Assembly (NCBI GenBank): GCA_043754515.1
Contig: JAYUUO010000177.1
Span: 1-10,987 of the forward strand
DNA: 10,987 bases
Reading direction: 5' to 3'
Source of the DNA: Armatimonadota bacterium
GTDB taxonomy: Bacteria; Armatimonadota; Armatimonadia; Armatimonadales; Armatimonadaceae
The position numbers were made by a program, and so were the translations under genes. Under the pieces are notes generated by a model that was given only the letters and a program-made list of their open reading frames with translations, did no database searches and was not told where the DNA came from. This document shows positions 1 through 6,326 of the stretch, piece by piece (positions within the stretch are counted from its first letter, which is position 1; each line of letters opens with the position of its first letter).

Positions 1-66
1 CCGGGCAAGACGCCCCGGAGTAGAGAGCAGGGCGGGAGCGACATGCTCGCGCCCCCGCACACTCCG

Positions 67-1005
67 TCACACCACTTCCAGCACGATCTTTCCCCGCACT
101 CGCCCCGTTTCGCTCTGCTCGTGCGCGGCCCGCACCTCCGCGAGCGGGAACGTCGCCGAGACGTAGGTCCTCAGCGTTCCGGCGTCGAAGCGTTTCGCGA
201 ACTCCGCCATCTCCTCGCCGCTCTGGTGGCAGGAGAAGTGCTTGATTACGACCTCCGGGTACTTCGCGGCGTCCTCCGGCTTCGGTTCGCCCGCAATACA
301 GATCAGCGTCCCACCCGGCTTCAATACCGCTAGCGAGCGGGTCGCCGTCTCCGCGCCGACCGCGTCGTATACCACGTCTACATTCTTCGCGATATCCTCG
401 AAGCGCGTGGTCGTGTAGTCCACGAAGGTGTCAACGCCGAGCGAGCGGACGAACTCTTCGTTCTTGCCCGATGCCGTGCCAATCACGGTCGCGCCGACCG
501 CTTTGGCGAACTGCACCGCGAACAGGCCGACCCCGCCCGACGCCGCGTGTATCAGAACCGTGTCCCCCGCCTTCAGACTCGCCTGCTCGAAAAGCCCCTG
601 CCACGCGGTTCGCCCGACAACCGGCACCGACGCCGCCTCAACGAACGATAGCGATTCCGGCTTGAGCGCGATCTCGTCCGCCTTAACCGCGACATATTCC
701 GCGTACCCGCCGAGCGCGTCCGACCCACCGTAGACCGCGTCGCCGAGCATGAACCCCGTGACGCCTTCGCCGACCGCGGCCACGGTGCCCGCGATGTCCG
801 CGCCCAAGGTCGCCGGGAGCGGCATGTCCCAGACGCCCTTCATATACCCGGCGCGTAGTTTCCAGTCAACCGGGTTTACGCCCGCCGCGTGAACCCGGAT
901 CAGCACCTGCCCCGCGCCCGCCGTCGGTTTCGGCGCGTCCTCGTACACAAGCACCTCCGGCCCGCCGTACCCGTGAATCCGAACCGCTTTCATCGTCTCG
1001 CTCAT
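67..1005 (-). CDS. NADP-dependent oxidoreductase, zinc-independent MDR / quinone oxidoreductase (zeta-crystallin-like) family
   Basis: MKAVRIHGYGGPEVL N-terminus, VHAAGVNPVDWK, G.D.AG.V..VG, GGYAEY, VLIHAASGGVG (AxxGxxG NADPH site), C-terminal GKIVL; no Zn-ligand Cys/His. Start moved from 1053 to ATG 1005, which has an SD-like AGAGGG upstream and matches the family N-terminus. Confidence 0.93.
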   Translation of the reverse strand: MSETMKAVRIHGYGGPEVLVYEDAPKPTAGAGQVLIRVHAAGVNPVDWKLRAGYMKGVWDMPLPATLGADIAGTVAAVGEGVTGFMLGDAVYGGSDALGGYAEYVAVKADEIALKPESLSFVEAASVPVVGRTAWQGLFEQASLKAGDTVLIHAASGGVGLFAVQFAKAVGATVIGTASGKNEEFVRSLGVDTFVDYTTTRFEDIAKNVDVVYDAVGAETATRSLAVLKPGGTLICIAGEPKPEDAAKYPEVVIKHFSCHQSGEEMAEFAKRFDAGTLRTYVSATFPLAEVRAAHEQSETGRVRGKIVLEVV

Positions 1006-1027
1006 AGTTGTCAGCCCTCTGAAACAG

Positions 1028-1033
1028 AGTATA
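1028..1033 (-). promoter_or_regulatory. Putative -10 box (TATACT) for the MDR oxidoreductase
   Basis: Minus strand reads ggTATACTctgtttcAGAGGGctgacaactATG: -10 hexamer, short leader, SD-like motif, start. No clear -35. Confidence 0.5.
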
Positions 1034-1102
1034 CCTACGACATGCAGAAACAAGCCGCGAAAAATAGGCCGTTCGGCACGGGAGACGGCGCGCGAGACCG
1101 TC

Positions 1103-1108
1103 TACAAT
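1103..1108 (+). promoter_or_regulatory. Putative -10 box (TACAAT) 6 nt before ATG 1115; likely leaderless transcript of the biosynthetic operon
   Basis: TACAAT-agcggt-ATG with no SD between box and start. Confidence 0.55.
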
Positions 1109-1114
1109 AGCGGT

Positions 1115-1554
1115 ATGAACCAGAGCGAGACGGCACCGGTCCTTGTCACCGGCGCGACGGGCTTTGTCGGGACGCACCTGACGCGCGAACTGCTCCGACG
1201 CGGCAAGCGGGTTCGCGTCTTCGGGCGCGACCTGTATTCGCTGAGGCTACTCGCGGACATGGGCGCGGAGGCTTTCCCCGGCGACCTGGGCGACGCGGAC
1301 GCGGTTCTCGCGGCGTGTCGCGGTGCCCGCCTAGTGATCCATGCCGGGGCATTCTCCGCGCCGTGGGGCGACGAGGCGGAGTTCGAGCGGGTTGACGAGA
1401 GCCGTTTTTGACACGCTACGCGGTGCTAATCCTCGCCCGCACGCAGACGTACGACCTCGCCGCCGCCCGCCGCAATTTAGGCTACGCGCCGGTCGTATCG
1501 CTCGCCGAAGGTCTGGAGCGAACCATCCGCGCCTTTCGGGACGCCGCCGGATGA
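1115..1554 (+). pseudogene. NAD-dependent epimerase/dehydratase (extended SDR, 3beta-HSD/OleD-like), internally deleted and frameshifted
   Basis: 1115-1393 encodes VLVTGATGFVG...GDLGD...IHAGAFSAPWG.EAEFERV. From 1396 another frame encodes the family C-terminus REPFLTRYAVLILARTQTYDLAAARRNLGYAPVVSLAEGLERTI...* (TGA 1552-1554, overlapping the next ATG). The middle with the YxxxK catalytic motif is absent. Confidence 0.9.
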
Positions 1555-2357
1555 TCACGGATTGGCACCTGCTCGATACCGGATTCTGTACCACGCGCGA
1601 ATCGTTCGCCTATGGCACGGGGAGCGGCATGACTTCCTGCCACGCGACCTGTGCCCTGCTCCGTCACGCGACCCGGGGCTGGCTGTTGTTCGACACCGGC
1701 TATGCCCCGCGCGTATTGACGGCGGCGGGCGCGTTCCCCTACTCTCTATACCGCCTCGCGACGCCGCTCTATCTCCGAGAGGAGGGCGCGGCGGTTCATC
1801 AAATTATCCGCCTCGGGTTACAGGCGCGGGAGATACGAACCGTGGTGTTATCCCACTTCCACGCCGATCATATCGGCGGCTTGCGCGACTTCCCCCACTC
1901 GAAACTGATCTGCTCCGTTGCCGCGTTCGAGGCGGTACGCGGGCGGACTGGCTTCGACGCGGTGCGCCGGGCGTTCCTGCCCGCGCTGATGCCGGACGAT
2001 TTCGCGGCGCGTGTTTCTTATATGAAATCCCTCCCGACGCGGAAAGTCGCCGGTCTACCCGACGCCGCCGATGTTTTCGGGGACGGCTCCTGCCTGCTGG
2101 TCTCGATCCCCGGACACGCCACCGGTCAACTCGGGATACTCGCGCGGACAATTTCTGGGGACGCTCTGTTCTTCGTCGCCGACGCCGCGTATTCCGCGCG
2201 GGCGGTTCGCGAGCACGTCCCGTTTCATCCGGTCACGCGCCTGTTTACCGACAGCCCGAAGGACGCGGGTGACACGCTGTCCCTGCTCCACGCTTATCAC
2301 GCCCGGTTCCCCGGCACCCTGATCCTGCCCACCCACTGCCCAGAGGCTCTCGCCTGA
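1551..2357 (+). CDS. Metallo-beta-lactamase-fold hydrolase (AHL-lactonase/GumP-like subgroup)
   Basis: LLFDTGY, SHFHADHIGGL (HxHxDH at 1854-1871), PGHATGQ, ADAA, PTHC. Start at ATG 1551 (ATGA overlap with the SDR stop), not 1341; 268 aa, frame intact. Confidence 0.92.
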   Translation: MITDWHLLDTGFCTTRESFAYGTGSGMTSCHATCALLRHATRGWLLFDTGYAPRVLTAAGAFPYSLYRLATPLYLREEGAAVHQIIRLGLQAREIRTVVLSHFHADHIGGLRDFPHSKLICSVAAFEAVRGRTGFDAVRRAFLPALMPDDFAARVSYMKSLPTRKVAGLPDAADVFGDGSCLLVSIPGHATGQLGILARTISGDALFFVADAAYSARAVREHVPFHPVTRLFTDSPKDAGDTLSLLHAYHARFPGTLILPTHCPEALA

Positions 2358-3403
2358 TGCGCCTTCTAATCGCGTATCACTTCCTGCGGGCGGGCTGGGC
2401 GTTCCGCCACCTGCGTGGCGGTGACAGACTCGCCCGGTATCAGGACGAACGCGCCCACCGCGTCGTCGCCTACGCCGCGGCCCGCGCCCCGTTCTACCGC
2501 GACCTGTGGACGGACCGAGATACGGACGATTGGCGCAACCTACCCACTGTTGACAAGGCGGCTATGATGGGACAGTTCGACCGGTTCAACACGCGCGGCA
2601 TCACGAAAGAGGAGGCGTTCGCGGTCGCCCTGTGCGCCGAGCGGAGTCGTGACTTCGTGCCCGCCGTACGCGGCGACATAACGGTCGGGCTTTCGAGTGG
2701 CACCAGCGGTCACCAGGGTGCGTTTTTGGTGTCCCCGCAGGAGACAGCAATGTGGGCGGGTGCTGTTCTATAACGCGTCCTGCACCGCCCGCCGCGCCCC
2801 GGCTACCGCGTCGCGTTCTTCCTGCGCTCGAACAGCAATCTGTACGAGCGGGTGAACGGGGGCGTGAAGTTCCGTTATTTCGACCTGATGACGCCGCTCC
2901 CCGACGCCGTTTCCACCCTCAACGACTTCGCGCCGGATCTGATCGTCGCGCCGCCGTCGCTACTGCTCGCGCTCGCGGACGCGGCAAAAAGCGGCACGCT
3001 GACGGCGCGCCCCGAACGGCTTGTGTCCGTCGCCGAGACGCTGGAGGCGCATGACCGGGCCGCGCTGGAGGCCGCGTTCGGCGTCCCCGTCGGGCAGGTC
3101 TACCAGTGTACGGAAGGGTTTCTCGCGGCGACCTGCGAGCACGGGAGTTTGCACGTGAACGAGGATCTGGTCGCGGTGCAGTACGAACCGCTCGCGGAAG
3201 GGCGAGTCACTCCGATTGTGACTGACCTGTGGCGGCGCACGCAACCGATCATCCGCTACCGTCTGGGTGACGTTCTTATGCTGGACGACATGCCGTGCCC
3301 CCGCGAGAGTGGCTTTCAGGAGATCGCGGCCGTCGCGGTGCGGTGCGACGACGTCTGCTATTTCACGGACGGGGCCGGGAAGCCGCGCCGCTTCTACCCC
3401 GAT
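2357..3403 (+). pseudogene. F390-synthetase-like / phenylacetate-CoA-ligase-like adenylate-forming enzyme, with nonsense codon and C-terminal truncation
   Basis: APFYR, LPTVDK..MM..FD..NT.GI, GLSSGTSG P-loop (2687-2710), FFLRSNSNLYE, VSVAETL, QVYQCTEGFL, QPIIRYRLGD, RCDD. ORFs 2357-2773 and 2852-3940 share one frame, separated only by TAA 2771-2773. Resemblance ends at FYPD (3403). TGATG coupling to the MBL gene. Confidence 0.9.
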
Positions 3404-3940
3404 CAGAAGGAGAGCACGGTGCTGTTCGGCGACGGAGCCGCCGCCGCCGCGCTCATCCGCACCCCGGATGGCGAACCGTCCGCCCTGCACCTGGCGCGGT
3501 TCACGACGCTCGGCTCCGGGGCGGTGCATACGACGTTTCTCGGGGCGGGTTCGCTTCATCACCCGGACGACGACGCGACGACGTCCTCAATGAACCAGTT
3601 CGACATGAACGGCACCGCCCTGTTTCTGCAAGCGACGCGGGCAATGGGGCCGTTTTCAGACCGGTTCTTCGCCGAATTGGGCACTTCGCGGCGGGCATTC
3701 CCGCACGTCGTCCCGCACCAGGTTAGCGGGCCGGGTATTGACATGCTCCACGTCCGGCTCGGCTTTTGCGCGTCTCAGGTGGTGCGAAACATCGAGACAC
3801 GCGGCAACTGCGTCGCAGCGTCGCTCCCAATGGCACTCTGCGAGGCGGCACATGCCGGCCGGATTCGGCGGGGCGAGCCGGTGCTACTGGTCGGGACGGG
3901 GGCGGGTTTGACGCTGGGCGCGGTCGCGCTGACTTACTAG
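3404..3940 (+). pseudogene. 3-oxoacyl-ACP synthase III (FabH/KAS III-like), C-terminal half only, fused in frame to the adenylating enzyme
   Basis: ESTVLFGDGAAAA, FDMNG..LF, VVPHQVS (catalytic His), RGNCVAASLPMAL (catalytic Asn), LLVGTGAGLT, ending LTY*. The N-terminal half with the catalytic Cys is missing. Confidence 0.88.
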
Positions 3941-3944
3941 GTGC

Positions 3945-4005
3945 CGTGACCTCACCCCTAGCCCTCCTCTCCGTCCCGGAGAGGAGGGCTAGGGGTGAGG
4001 TCACG
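3945..4005. repeat. Perfect inverted repeat (29-bp arms, 3-nt loop); REP/BoxC-like palindromic element
   Basis: CGTGACCTCACCCCTAGCCCTCCTCTCCG (3945-3973) - TCC - CGGAGAGGAGGGCTAGGGGTGAGGTCACG (3977-4005); arms are exact reverse complements; begins 5 nt after the operon stop. Confidence 0.95.
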
Positions 4006-4041
4006 CGCGAGGCGAACGGCGCGGTACCAGGACGGGCACGG

Positions 4042-4047
4042 TATAAT
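4042..4047 (+). promoter_or_regulatory. Consensus -10 box TATAAT 6 nt before GTG 4054; likely leaderless
   Basis: ggTATAAT-gcgagc-GTG; perfect hexamer in GC-rich DNA, no SD. Confidence 0.65.
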
Positions 4048-4053
4048 GCGAGC

Positions 4054-4761
4054 GTGTTTACCGGATCGTTGCCACCCATTGTCGCGCAGATATTGCTGGT
4101 TATATTGCTCGTCGCCGCCGTCGCGGCGATGCTCCGCATCATCGCGTCGGCGCGCAAACGTGCGTCCGTTGCACAGGTATACGCCGGCCTTTCCGAAACC
4201 GAGGTCGCCGTGCTCGCCAGCGTGATCCCCCGCCTGACCACCCAGCACCGGGTTTCCGCGCCCGTAATCCGGCTACTCTCACCCGCGAAGCCGCCCGCGC
4301 CGCCGCTGGTCGAGATCCGCCTCGGAAAGCGGTTGATCCCGTTCACGCCGACCGACTTCATCACGCCCGGCGTGCCGGAACGCTATGAGGCGGCGCGTGA
4401 CAAGGCGGCTGGCGCGACGGATTTGGCGTTGTTCGCGCTCTGCACGCTTGAGGAGGGCGGCGCGGAGGCGATCCAGACGCAGATCAAGGACTTCGACAAG
4501 GTCAAGGACGCGACGAATGTTGTGCGGCTTGTCGCGGCGCAGACGTTTCTCGGGGATTACGTGGTGATCGCCCGCGTCCTGTCACACCGCGCCGACCGGG
4601 TGGCGGAGGATATGCCGGTGGTGGTCTACCGCGCCGAGGTGATCAAGAACGCCGATACACATCTCGTCATCGAACTAGCCGTGCCGGACGAGGGACAGAC
4701 GCCGTTCCCGGACGACACGATGGTACACGGCACCGCCCGCCTGTACGGCTATTTGCCCTAG
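4054..4761 (+). CDS. Hypothetical protein with N-terminal transmembrane anchor (235 aa)
   Basis: In-frame GTG 4054 of ORF 3766-4761; hydrophobic IVAQILLVILLVAAVAAMLRII followed by basic ARKR; GC3-rich codons. The upstream ORF portion overlaps KAS III and the palindrome and is unlikely to be coding. Confidence 0.75.
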   Translation: MFTGSLPPIVAQILLVILLVAAVAAMLRIIASARKRASVAQVYAGLSETEVAVLASVIPRLTTQHRVSAPVIRLLSPAKPPAPPLVEIRLGKRLIPFTPTDFITPGVPERYEAARDKAAGATDLALFALCTLEEGGAEAIQTQIKDFDKVKDATNVVRLVAAQTFLGDYVVIARVLSHRADRVAEDMPVVVYRAEVIKNADTHLVIELAVPDEGQTPFPDDTMVHGTARLYGYLP

Positions 4762-4771
4762 GAGATTACCT

Positions 4772-5275
4772 ATGCCCATAATCGCGCCAAACCCGTTCCC
4801 CGCCGAGCACCCCGCGCACGGCATCTACGACGCCCTGACCGCGAAGCGCGTCGGGGACGCGCCGCTCCTCCCGAAGCGCGTGTACGACGACGCGCTGGTC
4901 GTTCCGATCCGCGACCTGTCCCGCGCGGGAGCCGCCTCGGACAACGTCGCCGCGCTACTCCACCTGTTGAACGACGACCTCGACGCCGCTCACATTCTCT
5001 GTCAGGGACATGAGGGCGACCCGACCGCGAACTACATTCACCAGATCGTGCATCGGCGCGAGGGCGACTGGGGCAACACGCGCTACTGGGTCGGGAAGAC
5101 GGGCGCGCACCCGTACTACGCGGATCTCGCCCCGCTCGCGGCGAAGCTCGGTCTGCCGGCCTGGGACGCCAACGCGATGGTCGCGGCGGCGGCACGCGGC
5201 GAGCATTACGCGGCGGGTGTTTCTGACGCGGAGACGCAGGGGCTACTAACCTGGTGCGTCACAAACGGTCGGTAG
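4772..5275 (+). CDS. Conserved hypothetical protein (D..H...Q...Y.H..VHRREGD..N..YW motif family)
   Basis: SD AGGAG at 4760-4764; 10 nt after the upstream stop; LLHLLNDDLDAAHILCQ...ANYIHQIVHRREGDWGNTRYW resembles a widespread uncharacterised helical family. Confidence 0.8.
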   Translation: MPIIAPNPFPAEHPAHGIYDALTAKRVGDAPLLPKRVYDDALVVPIRDLSRAGAASDNVAALLHLLNDDLDAAHILCQGHEGDPTANYIHQIVHRREGDWGNTRYWVGKTGAHPYYADLAPLAAKLGLPAWDANAMVAAAARGEHYAAGVSDAETQGLLTWCVTNGR

Positions 5276-5276
5276 G

Positions 5277-5887
5277 CTAGCCGCTGATTCGGGGACATTC
5301 GCCGCGCACGGCCGCACAGACGTGATCCAGAACGCCGAGGAGTTCGGGCAGTTCGTCAACGGTATACAGCCCCGAGATGAAAACCTCCGGTGCCAGAGTC
5401 AGCTGGTAGAACACCCAAACCTTGCCGTTAGAGACGATGCCGTACACGTCGGATTCGTGCCCGTCACGCCGGTTGTTCTCGCGACACACCGCCATTCCCG
5501 CGACGCACTAGATCTGTCCCGCGTCGAAATCATCCCTCTTCGCCTCAATTCAATAGCGCACAGAAGCGGCGTTTCCAGGTAGGCGCGTTTCGGAGCTATC
5601 AGATAGTCCGCGATGCCAGAAACCGTTTCCGATTCCAGCAGCTCTTCCTTCCAGATTTTCAGGCGCGGGTATTCCGGCACGATCTCGCCAAGGAGGGCGT
5701 CAATCAGCATCACCTTCGCGGCCTCCGACCGGGACAACTCAAAGGAATCGAGTTGCCGCAGGACGACGATCAGAGTGTCGCTCGGGGCGCGCGGAGCGGA
5801 CTCAATCACCTAGCGGGTCAAATCCTGGGCAGGTATGAGCCGCATGGCACTTTTGAGATTCATTCCGGAAAAATTGCATCGCATCAT
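5277..5887 (-). pseudogene. Stand-alone PD-(D/E)xK nuclease-like protein (HsdR N-terminal-domain-like), inactivated
   Basis: SD GAGGAG (5894-5899) then ATG 5887: MMRCNFSGMNLKSAMRLIPAQDLTR*VIES...SEAAKVMLIDALL...GIADYLIAP...LCAI[5-bp duplication]EAKRDDFDAGQI*CVAGM...VYGIVSNGKVWVFYQL...LLGVLDHV. Lesions: TAG 5810-5812, duplication 5545-5554, TAG 5508-5510. Confidence 0.8.
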
Positions 5888-6326
5888 CAGTTGCTCCTCG
5901 CGAGTAGTACCTCTTCGTGATGCCGGAGGCTGGATCATAAGAAAATACTTCTGGTTTCAACTGCGGATCATTCAACACGGCTATGTAATCACAGCTGCCT
6001 TCGAGTATCGGGAAGTAAGTCTCGTCGATTTCTAAAACCTCATACAAATTTCCGTTAAATTCTTCATACGCCTCCATCGCTTCCCGAAGGGGGAGCCAGC
6101 GGAAGTATCTATAATACCAACAATCCATCGAATACAGTTCATACGCAAGCCCGTCACGGAACAGGTAACATTCGCGAATATCGGGGTGTAGCACTATGCC
6201 GTATTCTTCCTCTAGCCCGCTGATCTCCGTGGCAGACAGGCCCGCGCGAAAAAAGGGTGTCGAGGACATACCCGCCTTTTGCATCTCCTCGAACAGGCTT
6301 CTCAAAACGGTGGTAATCATAGTCAC
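5802..6326 (-). CDS. SMI1/KNR4 (SUKH) family immunity-like protein, probably 3'-truncated near 5900
   Basis: GLSATEISGLEEEYGIVLHPDIRECYLFRDG...WLPLREA...YFPILEGSCDYIAV...PEVFSYD matches the SUKH pattern. GTGA overlap with the upstream stop (or ATG 6320). The last ~30 codons run through the next gene's SD and 5' end. About 44% GC over 5941-6120 by hand count. Confidence 0.75.
   Translation of the reverse strand: MTMITTVLRSLFEEMQKAGMSSTPFFRAGLSATEISGLEEEYGIVLHPDIRECYLFRDGLAYELYSMDCWYYRYFRWLPLREAMEAYEEFNGNLYEVLEIDETYFPILEGSCDYIAVLNDPQLKPEVFSYDPASGITKRYYSRGATDDAMQFFRNESQKCHAAHTCPGFDPLGD

Noticed and set aside
30..54. Hairpin GGGCGGGAGC-gacat-GCTCGCGCCC downstream of the MDR gene
   Set aside because: 9/10-bp GC stem without a U-tract, at the window edge; could be a terminator but support is insufficient.
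1341..1550. 70-aa Arg-rich N-terminal extension of the MBL protein
   Set aside because: Off-frame reading of the SDR remnant; ATG 1551 in the ATGA overlap is the better start.
2852..3940. Functional novel adenylase-KAS III fusion enzyme
   Set aside because: This ORF lacks the adenylase P-loop (upstream of the TAA), its C-terminal subdomain and the KAS III catalytic Cys; better explained as a deletion scar.
3945..4005. CRISPR repeat, tRNA or classical intrinsic terminator
   Set aside because: Single copy with no spacers, no cloverleaf, and no U-tract on either strand.
3766..4053. N-terminal extension of ORF 3766-4761
   Set aside because: Overlaps KAS III in another frame and crosses the palindrome and the TATAAT box.
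2771..5812. Stop-codon reassignment or readthrough explaining in-frame TAA 2771 and TAG 5508/5810
   Set aside because: TAG ends genes normally at 3940, 4761 and 5275 and TAA ends vapC; the two TAGs would need different residues (W and Q); the same genes carry deletions or frameshifts.
5277..6326. SMI1 and the PD-(D/E)xK gene as a cognate immunity-toxin pair
   Set aside because: The order is reversed from typical toxin-then-immunity loci, the nuclease has no secretion or delivery domain, composition differs, and the adjacency seems to result from a deletion.
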